Origin: Octopus sinensis
Taxonomy: Eukaryota
Assembly: GCF_006345805.1 (NCBI RefSeq)
Contig: NC_042997.1
Coordinates: forward strand, 143,282,001 to 143,346,000
Length of the DNA stretch: 64,000 nucleotides
Direction of reading: 5' to 3'
Of this stretch, positions 14,106 through 26,211 are shown one piece after another. The stretch's first letter is position 1. Every line of letters begins with the position of its first letter. Both the position numbers and the translations under genes were made by a program. The notes beneath the pieces are model-generated. The model was not told the DNA's origin. It made no database searches and worked only from the letters and a program-made list of their open reading frames with translations.

Positions 14106-15300
14106 AATTACTCTGACTCAACTCTTGACTTCCTATGTCACAGAATTTGTAATGATTAGCATATACCACTTGTCACATGGGAGGGGTGTTCCGTTATTAT
14201 TACTATCCTCATAACATCTCCCCATTTAAGGTTTTTTTTTCTTAGGGAGTGTCATTTAAATTTTTCTTAGCAATAATTTCTACATCACCCCACCTCCTTT
14301 TTTGAGTTTTTTTCATAGTTACAAATTTAATAATTTTTTTTATTTGGCATCCACTTCCAGAAACTCCGTACATTTTCTTTTTCCTTCGCTTGTGCGTCTG
14401 AGTTCAATTATTTGTAGTGGTATTGGTACTTGCAAAGTATGATATAACCGTTCCATTAGTTCTTCCATTCACTTGGGTTTGCTCTCAACAAATCTTTTTC
14501 TTAGTTGGTTCATGTGTCCCTTGTATACCCCTTTTCTTCCTTTTACCAAGTATAGCATTTTACCTATGCGTTTGGTAATCACGCCATCTTCCCAACTTTG
14601 TTTTCCATTCTTATATGTCCTAACAAATACATTTTCACCAATTTTGTATTATCCACTTTTCTCACCAGGTAGTAATTTGTTGGAGACTGGTTTTATTTTC
14701 CTCGCAAACATCAGCTCCGCCCGTGACATACCTGCTGGTGTATTTGGATTTGGTGTCACATGGTATACTCTTAAGAATTGTTGTAGAGCTACCCCATCCA
14801 TGACTTCCTTATTCGACTTTCTTAGGGCTCTCTTGAACGTATCGACAAAGCGCTCTGCTTGTTCATTAGATCTGGAATGGTATAGTGCCGTAGTTTCATG
14901 TTTTACAGTGAACATTTTACAAAAATTTTTAAACTCAAAAGACACAAATTGTGTTCCATTGTCAGACACTATTGTGTCTGGGATGCCAAATCTTGCAAAC
15001 AGCTCATGCAAAAAGTCTGTTGTAGTTAAGGAGTTTGGTTTTTACACTTACAAATTTCTGGTCATTTAGAGAAACTATCTACTACCACTAAGTAGTATGA
15101 ACTGTTTAAGGGACCAGTAACATCGATGTGTAGTCTCAACCACAGAACATCTACTTTTAACCTAGGTTCACTTTTTATGATTGGTAATTTTTCCAGTAGA
15201 GCACATCCTCTGCAGCCTTTCACTAAATTTTTGATTTCTCTATCCATTTCATATTTCCAATAAAACACAAAGCAGTGAATTGACTGAATCATTAGAATGT
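14106..15300 (-). mobile_element. Ty3/Gypsy LTR retrotransposon remnant: integrase, polypurine tract and start of 3' LTR
   Basis: Zn-finger half CRGC; W.RLHID..GP..SYYLVVVDSFSK; FARFGIPDTIVSDNGTQF; SNEQAERFV (D,D35E); C-terminal VFVRTY..W..G.I..H.NQLR; minus strand aaatggggaga|TGTTATG at 14227-14215. Confidence 0.9.
14470..15292 (-). pseudogene. Disrupted Gypsy integrase coding sequence
   Basis: ORFs 15062-15292 and 14649-15011 are separated by a Trp-to-stop (FSK*PE) and a frameshift; another frameshift precedes the C-terminal domain. Confidence 0.85.
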
Positions 15301-15598
15301 CAAATACAGTGCTTCACAATATTTGTTCTGACAATCTATATTCTGAGTTCAAACTCCACTTAAGTCAACTTTTCTTTTCTTAGCCTTTCAGTGTTGAATA
15401 AGAAAGTACCATTCTCATATGGTGGTGGACAGGTGGAACTGTAAGAATATCAAGGCAGATTTACTCCAGCTCTTTGCATTTTGAGTTCAAATCCTACCAT
15501 GGTTTATTTGGATGGTAGACTCAAATCATTGTCATCTAGTACCATGGGTGCCCTTAGCAGAGTTTCACTCTGTTGTAAGCTGTTGGACCAGGTTTCCA

Positions 15599-15942
15599 GT
15601 CTCAGGCATGGCTGTGTGGTAAGAAGTTTGCTTCCCAACCACATGCTTCCAGGTTCAGTCACACTGTGTGGCACCCTGGGCTGACCAAACCTTGTGAGTG
15701 AATTTGGTAGATGGAAATTGAAGGAAGCCCATTGCATTTATACATGTGTGTGTGTGTTTGTCCTCCACCACCACTTGACAACGAGTGTTGGTGTGTTTAC
15801 ATCCCTGTAACTTAATGATTCAGCAACAGCGACCAAAAGAACAAGTACTAGGGTTAAAATAAAAAGTCCTGGGGCTGATTTAGGCAGTGCCCCCAGCATG
15901 GTTGCAGTCTAATGACTGAAACAAATAGAAGAATAAAAGAAT
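15599..15942 (+). mobile_element. SINE family A
   Basis: ggctgtgtggtaagaagtttgcttcccaaccacatg...gactgaaacaaatagaagaat. Confidence 0.8.
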
Positions 15943-16504
15943 ATTTATATATATGTGCATAACCATTTGAAATAAAAAAAAAAAAGACTGTGAAAAAGTA
16001 CTTAGCATTATTTGATGTCAACCACCAACGCCACCACCTGATCATTTTCTCTTTTCTTTATTCTCAGTTTTTTTCCCTTCTTTTTGTGTTTGGTATATAC
16101 ACTTTCTCTCACCTTCTCCGCCCAGTTTTCATTACTCTCTGACGAGAATGAAGAGGAGGAGGAGAAGAAGAAGAAAATAAGGAAAGACAAGAATGTAAGA
16201 GTGTGACACATCCACCTCTTTATTAGTAAGTAATAAAGAGAAAGATACAAGTATAGGTAAAAATCTAACAAAACAACCCAAATATTGATAAGAAAATCCT
16301 TTCCACTTCGTTGGAGGAGACTCAATGATTTATTAAGGGATTACAGGGATAGTGGTTTATATATATATATATATATATATGTGAGTGTGTGTGTACATGT
16401 ATATGTAATGTAGGTGTTTCTGCATCCTTATTCACATTTAGTAACTGATTAAATTTCTCCTTTACGGTTATTACATTGCGCCTAGCAGTTTATATTAATT
16501 TTTA

Positions 16505-16535
16505 GTGAGTATGTATGTATGTATGTATATACATA

Positions 16536-16567
<32 letters not shown>

Positions 16568-17292
16568 CACATATATACATATATATATATACACATATAT
16601 ATACATATACACATATATATACATATATATATACACATATATATACATATATATATACACATATATATACATATATATACACATATATACACATATATAG
16701 ATATATATATACACATATATAGATATATATATACACATATATAGATATATATATACACATATATAGATATATATATACACATATATAGATATATATATAC
16801 ATATATATATTATATATATACACATATATAGATATATATATACATATATATATTATACACATATACATATATATATATACACATATACATATATATATAT
16901 ATACACATATATATATATATACACATATATAAATATATATATATACACGATCCGGTTCTTGACTGAAGACTGAGGGGTTCGAATGTCCTGTCCATGTTTA
17001 TTGTATCGTCTTCTATGAGTTATACGTTCTTGTCCATGTTGTATTTTTCTACATACCTTTACACATATACATATATATATATACACATATATAGATATAT
17101 ATATATACATATATATATACACATACACATATATAGATATATATATACATATATACATATATATATACATATATACATATATATATATACACATATATAA
17201 ATATATATATATACATATATATATACATAAATATATATATACATTTTATATATGTATATATATATATATATATATATACATACATATATATA
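16505..17292. repeat. Compound (TA)/(TACA)/(TAGA) microsatellite containing a 115-bp non-repeat island
   Basis: Directly visible; island at 16947-17060. Confidence 0.95.
16947..17060 (+). mobile_element. Possible Penelope-like terminal fragment
   Basis: CTGAAGA-ctgaggggttc-GAA motif inside a TA array; degenerate. Confidence 0.4.
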
Positions 17293-17702
17293 GAGAGAGA
17301 CAGACAGAGAGAAGGGCAGGGAGAGGCTTTGTATCTGCCTGTTGTAGGGTAATCTATTGACAGATGTATATAATAGGCCTGCATATGAATGCATACGTAT
17401 GTGGGCGTGTGTCCTGTATAGTCTGTTGACAGATGTATATAGTACAGTATTTGTGTGTGTATGAGTGGCAAGAGTCCAATCTGCTGACCTGTCACCCTAT
17501 CTTTTACTCTCCCTTTTTTTCATCAATTCTCTTTACCACCCTCTAACTTTCCTCAATAAAAACTTGTAACACACATTTTCTTTTCTTTTTATTCACATCT
17601 TTTTCTTTCTTTATCTTCTTTTCCTCCACCTTTGCAAGGGTGAGTTGAGCTGCTGCACATTCTAGACTTTCTCCCATTCCATTTTCATCCCCCACCAATC
17701 TA

Positions 17703-17749
<47 letters not shown>

Positions 17750-18155
17750 GGCGTAGGAGTGGCTTGCTTACGAACCACATGGTTCCGGGTTCAGTCCTAC
17801 TGCATGGCACCTTGGGCAAGTGTCTTCTACTACAGCCTCGGGCTGACCAAAGCCTTGTGAGTGGATTTGGTAGACGGAAACTGAAAGAAGCTTGTCGTAT
17901 ATATGTATATATATAAATGTATGTATGTGTGTGTGTGTGTATTTTTGTGTGTCTGTGTTTGTCCCCCCAACATTGCTTGACAACCGATGCTGGTGTGTTT
18001 ATGTCCCAATAACTTAGCGGTTTGGCAAAAGAGGCCAATAAAATAAGTACTAGACTTACAAAGAATAAGTCCTGGGGTCGATTTGCTTGACTAAAGGCGG
18101 TGCTCCAGCATGGCCACAGTCACATGACTGAAACAAGTAAAAAAGAGTAAAGAAT
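17750..18155 (+). mobile_element. SINE family A with a short deletion in the head
   Basis: ggcgtaggagtggct[deleted]tgcttacgaaccacatggttccgggttcag... Confidence 0.85.
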
Positions 18156-18171
18156 ATATATATATGTATAT

Positions 18172-18452
18172 ATTGACTTAACCTTCCTCTCACACCATCT
18201 CCGATGAAGGGATATTATTAATTGATATCCTAGAAACAGCTGTAAGACCTTCTATCTATAAATGCTCTAATATCTATACAGCCTTGGTTTGTTATCTTAT
18301 TACGAAAAAATTCTTATATACACATGCTGACATAGAACCAACGTTGAACCCTTTATTTGCAATATTACCGAATCTGGAACTTAACTATGGTCTGTCTATA
18401 GCACTTATTCAGCATTACCTGACACCTTTGGGTCTCAATGACACCATTATCT
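18172..18452 (+). mobile_element. Penelope-like element end carrying a hammerhead motif
   Basis: Bounded by TA arrays; contains the minimal hammerhead core. Minimal HHRs are characteristic of Penelope-like termini. Confidence 0.55.
18198..18248 (+). ncRNA. Minimal type-I hammerhead ribozyme candidate
   Basis: TCT-CCGATGA-A-GGGATATTA(ttaat)TGATATCCT-A-GAAAC-AGCT-GTA-AGA: core, 9-bp stem II, palindromic stem III loop, GUA triplet, short stem I. Confidence 0.6.
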
Positions 18453-18487
<35 letters not shown>

Positions 18488-18617
18488 ACAATGAGGATAT
18501 TCAAACCTCTTATAGGGATATTTATCTAAGATACACTGGTTTAATACATTAAATTTTGAAGAGATAATTCTTCAATGAATATATTATATAGAATATGGTA
18601 AAATATCAAACATTTTT

Positions 18618-18809
18618 ATTGAGTCAGAAAAGAGAGAGATCTAATGGATACAAATTAATTTATTATATATATTGATTAATGAATAAATTTATTATATATA
18701 TCGATTAATGAATAAATTTATTATATATGTTGATTAATTAATAAATTTATCACATATGTTGATTAATAAATTAATTTGTATCTATTAGATCTCTGTTTTT
18801 TAACTCAAT
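18618..18809. mobile_element. Fold-back/MITE-like element with internal ~28-bp tandem repeats
   Basis: gagatctaatggatacaaattaatttatta / taataaattaatttgtatctattagatctc arms; internal ttgattaatgaataaatttattatatat about 4 times. Confidence 0.7.
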
Positions 18810-18820
18810 ATCGATCTATC

Positions 18821-18868
<48 letters not shown>

Positions 18869-18892
18869 CATACATACATACATACACATATA

Positions 18893-19232
18893 CATTTGTG
18901 AAGACCCATTGAAGCAAGTGGAAATCAGAACCAAAATTGGAGTCGATCAACATCAATGGAAATTGCAGCTGGGATACCAGTGCCGGTGGCACGTAAAAAG
19001 CACCATCCGACTATGGCCGTTTGCCAGCCCCGTCTGGCACCTGTGCCGGTGGCATGTAAAAAACACCCACTACACTCACGGAGTGGTTGGCATTAGGAAG
19101 GGCATCCAGCCGTAGAAACATTGCCAGATCAGACTGGGCCTGGTGCAGCCTTCTGGCTTCCCAGACCCCAGTTGAACCGTCCAAACCCATGCTAGCATGG
19201 AAAGCGGACGCTAAATGATGATGATGATGATA
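18893..19232 (+). mobile_element. R-family short element, long copy
   Basis: Two gtgccggtggcaYgtaaaaa modules; ggaagggcatccagc; ccatgctagcatggaaagcggacg; (gat)n tail. Confidence 0.85.
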
Positions 19233-19882
19233 TATAATATTTATATATAAAGTTCTTGGTACAGTGTTATATACTTGAAAAAATAGAATTGGCCTTTCTG
19301 ATAATTTTTCCTCTTTAATAATTAGATGTTTCTAAATTGTATACAGATAGATGTACACAAATGTAATTCATTTAATTTTTGCCTGATGGCTTATTGAAGC
19401 AATTGGTTAAACTAAGTTTCCATTGAAAACGAATTCCATTCCATCCATTATTGAATGTGCAGTGCTACTGGACAATTTGTTAACAGGACACAACAACAGA
19501 TAACACTGTCTATACTTCAGCTATTTTTTAAGTAGATGCAGAGTGTAAGCATTTACACATACAGACATAAGACATACACATATGCATAGCAGTCTATTAA
19601 ATTCACTCATTAAACATTGATACACCCAGGACTATCATAGAAGACATCAATGATGACCTGCAATGAGACTTGAACCTGTTGTAAAGTGAGTGACTTAACC
19701 GCACAGTAACATCTGTACCTATATGTGTGTATTTATATATATGTTCCTTTGGGTAATATTTCCCCATAACTGGACATGTTTTTCACAGTTGATTGGAAGT
19801 GAAGGATACCACTTTGTGATGGTGAAACTCCTTTACAACTACAGCATGATGTTGAAGCAAGGAGATAAATACACACCCGAAT

Positions 19883-20249
19883 GTGGCCGATGCCAGTGCC
19901 GCCTTGACTGGCTTCTGTGCCGGTGGCACGTAAAAAGCACCATCCGAACGTGGCCGATGCCAGCGCCGCCTTGACCGGCTTCTGTGCCAGTGGCATGTAA
20001 AAAGCACCATCCGAACGTGGCCGATGCCAGTGCCGCCTTGACTGGCTTCTGTGCTGGTGGCACGTAAAAAGCTCCCACTACACTCACGGAGTGGTTGGCG
20101 TTAGGAAGGGCATCCAGCTGTAGAAACACTGCCAGATCATACTGGAGCCTGGTGCAGCCTCCTGGCTTCCCAGACTCCGGTTGAACTGTCCAACCTGTGC
20201 TAGCACGGAAAAACGGATGTTAAACGATGATGATGATGATGATGATGAT
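19883..20249 (+). mobile_element. R-family short element with three 67-bp internal tandem units
   Basis: Units at 19883-19949, 19950-20016 and 20017-~20075; (gat)n tail. Confidence 0.9.
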
Positions 20250-21009
20250 ATATGCACATACGACTGGCTTCTTTCTTCCATCTACCAAATCCACGCATTA
20301 AGCTTTAGTCAGCTCTGAGCTATAGAATGCATTTGCACAATGTGCCATACAATGCGAATGAATCCAAAACTATGTTGTTGGGAAGCAAATTTCATAGCTA
20401 CACTAATATGCTTGTGCCTACTGTTAAACACTGATGCTTCAAAACTTACATTCTAATGGGAAGAATATGACAAAATTCCAAATTTAGATGAACTCTAAGG
20501 ATTTTTTTTGCATATAAACAACATTGTTGGCAATTGGTTTTGGTCATACATTTTAGACTTCACATATAGCTTTTTCCATATCTTGATACATAAATACAAG
20601 TGACTGAAATGGGGGTCCCTCCAAAAGGTCTCTGGAGTAACATTACTTGACAGGGTTTGGAGCTTGGAGATTAGGAAATCTCTCTAGGTCAAGCTACTAC
20701 TCTGCATTGAGATATGCTCTTGATCCTCTTCCCATCCCCACCATCTTGACTCAGTGGAACATCTAGGTTTTGACAGCTTGAAGGAGAGTACCAGAATTTG
20801 GCTGGTACTCATCTTTAGCCAAGTAAACCGGAACAACGTGAAATGAAGTTACTTGCTCGACAGCACAGTTAACTACCAAATCCAGAAATTGAACTCATGA
20901 CTTTATGATTATGAACCCAACACCTTAACCACTAGGCTATGTGCCTTAGGCATTGTAGGGTTAAACAAATCTTGATTTAGCTATTTCCCTACAATGTATA
21001 TATATATAT

Positions 21010-21930
21010 TCTTTTCTACTCTCAGTACAAAGCCTGAAATTTTGGGGGAGGTGGTGGTGGTGGTGGGTGCAGTTGATTAGATTGACCCCAGTACATAACT
21101 GGTACTTAACTTATCGACCCTGAAAGGATGAAAGGCAAACTCGACCTTGGCGGAATTTGAACTCAGAACCTAAAGACAGACGAAATACCACTAAGCATTT
21201 TGCCTGGTGTGCTGTTTCTACCAGCTTGCTGCCTTCCTACAATATATATATTTATTTCTTTTATTGCTCACAGGGGGCTAAACACAGAGGGGACAAACAA
21301 GGACAGACAAAAGGATTAAGTCGATTACATTGACCCCAGTGCGTAAGTGGTACTTATTTAATCGATCCTGAAAGGATGAAAGCAAAGTCGATGTCAGTGG
21401 AATTTGAACTCAGAATGCAATGGCAGACGAAATACCGCTAAGCATTTCGCCTGGCATGCTAATAATTCTACCAGCTCACTGCCTTCCTACTCTAGGCACA
21501 CAAGGCCTGAAATTTTTGAGGAGGGGGGCAGTTGATTTGATTGACCCCAGTATGCAACTGGTACTTAATTTATCGACCCTGAAAGGATGAAAGGCAAAAT
21601 CAACCTCAGTGGAATTTGAACTCAGAATGCAAGACAGACGAAATACCGCTAAGCATTTTATCTGGCGTGCTAACGTTTCTGCCAGCTCCCTGCCTTCTAC
21701 ACTAAACTTATTCTTTTCTATTGTAAGCACAAGGCCCCCAAATTTTTTTTTGGGGGGGGGCAGTTGATTAGATCGACCCCAGTATGCAACTGGTACTTAA
21801 TTTATCAACCCCAAAAGGATAAAAGGCAAAGTCGACTTCAATGGAATTTGAACACAGAATGTAAAGACAGATGAAATACCACTAAGCATTTCGCCCAGCA
21901 TGCTAACGATTCTGACAGCTAGTCACCTTC
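21010..21930 (-). mobile_element. Chain of four SINE family B copies
   Basis: Four successive gaatttgaactcagaa/taagcattt/ccagct blocks, each ending gccttc(c)tac. Confidence 0.85.
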
Positions 21931-23555
21931 CTACAATATATATATATATTGAAGTACTGATGATCATGTTGAGAGACCACTCAACAATAACAATAAGAAT
22001 TCAACAACTACAACAACAAAAATGTCCAAGTGTTTACTAGTTTTCATTTTAGAGTTAATCTTGCTTGACCTTGTCCACTCAGTGGTCAGTACTTATTAAG
22101 AGACAGTTAAATCACTAGCCATTGTACATTCCAACCATTTTACTTAATTATCAGACTTGAAAATGTTTTTCTTTTTTTTTTTTCTTAAAAAAAAAAGTAC
22201 AAGTTTTTTTGTTGTCTTTTTTTTTTTTCATGGACAACTCCTCCTACTTGCTGGCTTTGGCTATTTATTCCCTCTGAAACAAAGATCTGCTGCAGTTGTG
22301 TAAATGTCAATGAAAAGTAAAGAAGTAAAATAAGAAAAAGGTACTTTTTGTTTTATTATTTTGCAGTGAAACAATAAAATCCAAGGAAATTAGTGACAGT
22401 CTGTATTAACAAGCATTAGTAATCAGATAAAGTTTACAGTTCTTATCGTTCTTTTGTATCTTTGGAGGGTCACTATGCCAGTAATAAACACACACACTGG
22501 TTCTATTTCACTTCCTTATTTGACAATGTGGAGGTATGCGTCTTAGTGGTTAGGGTGTCAGACTCACGATTGTAAAGTTGTGGTTCAAATTCCTGGACTG
22601 GACTTGTGTTGTATCTTTGAACAAAACACTTCATTTCATGTTATCCCAGGTTCACTCAGCTGGCAAAAATGGGCAATCTTGTGACAGACAGGCATTCCAT
22701 CCAGTGGGGAAATATATATATGCTATGGAAAAAAAGTCATATGAGTTTCTATGATTTGGGAAGTCATAAAGATTCACATCAAGAATCTTGGAAAACCAAA
22801 AACCAAAATGAACCTGCACTGATGGCAAGCTACCACATCTCATGCAACAAGGATTGGATCTTGTGGTAGTAGGACTCATAAAGCTGAAGATTAACATGGT
22901 TTCCATGAAACATAACTTACTGAAATTACAACACTCCCTCCTGAATGGGATGCTGGTCTGTTACAGGTCTTTCCAGTCATTGATGAAATTTCTTTACAAT
23001 TGAGTGGCTTGTAGTCTCATGAAATGAAGTGTTTTGTTCAAGAACACAATGCAAGGTGCCAAGTGATGGTATTATATCAGATGGTGGATTATGTTTACCA
23101 CCTAAGTATTGAGATAGTTAGGCAGAAAGAGAAGAAAAAATTAAACAGCCTTAATATATTTTTATTGTAAGTTAATTAAATAAATAAAGAAAACATGCAT
23201 GGGACAAGTGAAGGAGGAGACTAGGATGGTTGGCTTGAGGAGGGAGGATGCCCCAAACTGGGGAAGATGGCGAAATGGTGAGAGAGCGGTTGCTGTAGGA
23301 GTGAGGTCGACCTGGCCAGCCCCATTAAAAGGGATAGACCCGGATTTAAAATATTGGAATTCGTTCATCATACATCACGAATATTTCCTCAACATCATCA
23401 TCATCAAAATTGATATAATCATTGTTGTTGGCATTATCACCTCATGATGATGACCATTATTGTTATCACCTTATCATTGTTATTACCATCATCAATGTTA
23501 TCATCATCCTCATATCATTATCATTATGCCCACATCATCATTATTACCACCACCA

Positions 23556-23765
23556 AGGCAGTAAGCTGGCAGAACTGTTAGCACACTGGGCAAAATGCTC
23601 AGCTGTATTTCGCCCATAGCTATGTTCTGAGTTCAAATTCTGCCAAGGTCGACTTTGCCTTTCATCCTTTCGGGGTCGATGAATTAAGTACCAGTTAAGC
23701 ACTGGGGTCGATATAATCGACTCCCCCTTCCCCAATATTTCAGGCCTTGTGCTTACAATAGAAAC
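23556..23765 (+). mobile_element. SINE family B
   Basis: aggcagtaagctggcagaactgttagcac...gagttcaaattctgccaaggtcgactttg. Confidence 0.8.
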
Positions 23766-23799
23766 GATTATTACTACCACCATTGTTGTCATCATTGCC

Positions 23800-24070
23800 A
23801 TTGTCATCATCATCATCATCATCAACACCAACAGCACCACCACTACCTCAGTTGTTGTCCTAACATCTATGTCTGTATGCTGGTATGGGTTGGGTTGGAT
23901 TGGATTGGTTTGTTATACAACACATTGTCAGTTGTCACAACACTTGTCATCTCATCCACGAGGCCCAATGTTCTGAGATCTGACATCAACACATCTTCCC
24001 ATGACTTCTTTGGTTTTCCTCTCCTATGGATACCTTCTTCCTCTCTCTCTCCCCTCCTTGGCAATCAGCA
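23800..24070 (-). mobile_element. RTE-clade LINE 3' fragment
   Basis: RRGKPKKSWEDVLMSDLRTLGL..EM (RTE ORF C-terminal RGRP.K.W motif) followed by (gat)n. Confidence 0.7.
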
Positions 24071-24297
24071 CATGGCCTTCACCCACCCACTGCACCTCCC
24101 ATCACTCATTCTAATACATAAACAAGCCAGAAAGGGAGTCTCTATGTGGTTGTTCGATCTGTTAGAAATAACAGCTAATTCTCCTACCCATCCCGTACAG
24201 CCTTCTTAAAATGAAGGATACATTGGACAAAGTTGTCCCTGACATATAAAAATGACAGGGTGATCACAGCTGAAATGTCTTTAGATGTATTTTATTA

Positions 24298-24445
24298 TTA
24301 TGATGATGATGATGTTGATGATGGAGGAGGAGGAGGAGGAGGAGGAGGAGGAGGAGGAGGAGGAGAAGAAGAAGAAGAAGAAGAGAAGAAGAAGAAGAAG
24401 AGAAGAAGAAGAAGAAGAAGAAGAAGAAGAAGAAAAGGAGGAGGA
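24298..24445. repeat. Compound (GAT)(GGA)(GAA) triplet microsatellite
   Basis: Directly visible. Confidence 0.95.
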
Positions 24446-26051
24446 TGACAGCTGTGGAGGCAGCAATGATGATAATGAAAATGATGGAGGAGTGGAAATA
24501 GGGGGGAAGGATCAGTGTTAAAATATTTTTATTTCTAGGAAGAAGGTGTTGCTGATGATTGTCATCCATGATTTTCAGTCTTTCTGGACATCTACAAAGC
24601 AAAGCACTAAATATTATATTCATACTTTTCAGCTCTCTCTCTCTCTCTCTCATGAAGATTTATTGCATTAGCATTGATCAGCCCAAGGTTAAAGATCTTT
24701 TAATGGAGGGGAGGGAGGAGAAGGAAACTGGTTGTGTGAGGGAAGTAGGAGAGGTGCACAGTCAATTGAATCAAACAGTACTTGACATAAACAATAACAC
24801 TGATGTAATGAGTGAAGACCTGGTTGTTAAAAGTAATCACTGTAGTTTATAAATTCATAAACTTCCAGCCATATGTGAAATGTCTAAACATGGCCTATAG
24901 TGGAGAAAAAAAAAACAAAAACAAAAAACAAGAAAACACATATCCCCCCACCCGCCAATCTTTAGTTAATAATCACCTCTCTTCACACTTTCAAAGAAGG
25001 TCATTCTCTTCACACTCTGTCACAACACAAAGTTAAATGGACAACATCTTATCAATAATGGAAGTGTTGTCATTCAAAAGGCCAAAACTATAAACAGCCA
25101 TAAACTGTAGAAGTAATCCTTGTGGTGGTGGTGTGGTGACAGTTGATCTCTGATGGAACCAAAGAAAAAGGTTTGTATTTGTATTGGTTTTCCAAATTGC
25201 TGATATTATCTGTCAGTCACAACTGCAACTTCTAAAAGAAGTGTGTCACTCATTTTCAGAGTTGTGGTAGGATTTGAACTTTGTATGTACAGAATCAGAA
25301 GAGCTACTGCAAGGCATCCTGTCCAATGCTCAATCGATTTTGCCAACCCACCAACTTGGATTGGCACTTTGCCTTTTCATTCTTCCAGGGATCAATAAAA
25401 AAAAGCGTTGACCTTAGTTGTATTTGAACTCAGTATGCACAAAGCCAAGGCAACCTCTCCAAAGCTCTAACAATTCCACAAATATACCAGCTTGGACTGG
25501 TACATTTTTTCTATTGACCTCTTCCAACCAAAAGAGATGAAATGCAAAGTTGACCTTGGCAGGATTTGAACTCAGAGCTCATAGAGTCAGAACAAATGTC
25601 ACGAGGTGCTTTTATCCAACACTCTAACCACTCAGCCAATTTGTCACTTAAAATTTCCTGTTCTCACACAGCTGCTAACAAAATGCAAGCAACACTTGGG
25701 ACTCTATTGACAGTTGTCTTCATGCATGACTTATAATATTAACTACAACAGTGTTTCTCAAGGTGGAGATGGGTGAAGATTGAAATGAAGGCAGAGAAAT
25801 TACCATGTTTAGTAAAATTAAGATAGCTTTAAGCTGTTTCAATTTGTCCAACACTATGGTAAAGAAAGAAGAATTATTAGTGGGGAGACAAACTTCATTT
25901 TGTCTTATTAGTAAAGAGCAGAACGTTAAAAAAGTTTCACTAATATGTTTTTTGAGGCTGGGGCTAGGGGTTAGTATTTGTCAGTTTAAGAACTCCTGAA
26001 CTATGAGGCAATGAGAGAACCTCCACATAGTTTTTTACAGGAGGATCAGTT

Positions 26052-26211
26052 AATTATAATTTTATTCAACATATTCCCCTCTCAGATTCACACACTCATT
26101 GCAGTGGTCCTTCAGTTTTTCTAAGCCCTGTAAAAGAACTCGGAAGTTTGGGCTTCCAACCAGGCCTTTCATGACATCCTTAAAGCCAGGAACTTTTCAG
26201 CACCCCCTCAT
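26052..26211 (-). mobile_element. Tc1/mariner fragment: TIR plus transposase C-terminus
   Basis: Terminus aaagccaggaacttttcagcaccccctcata; minus strand QGLEKLKDHCNECVNLRGEYVE*, the mariner C-terminal motif. Confidence 0.8.

Noticed and set aside
14473-15069. 198-aa plus-strand ORF
   Set aside because: Antisense shadow of the Gypsy integrase.
16040-16330. Possible 5' LTR of the Gypsy remnant (also the LTR-like AATAAA...TAACA at 17545-17571)
   Set aside because: No clear alignment with the 3' LTR start at 14106-14216 and no primer-binding site seen.
16482-17495. Many Y/I/C/V-rich ORFs (also 12618-12966 and 30907-32366)
   Set aside because: Translations of TA/CA microsatellites.
19883-20075. 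CRISPR-like array or twister ribozyme
   Set aside because: Units are contiguous with no spacers in a eukaryotic SINE; the twister pseudoknot partners (CCC/GGG) are missing.
24233-24653. Homopolymeric-amino-acid ORFs (also 59861-60265 and 62161-62542)
   Set aside because: Triplet microsatellites open in several frames on both strands.
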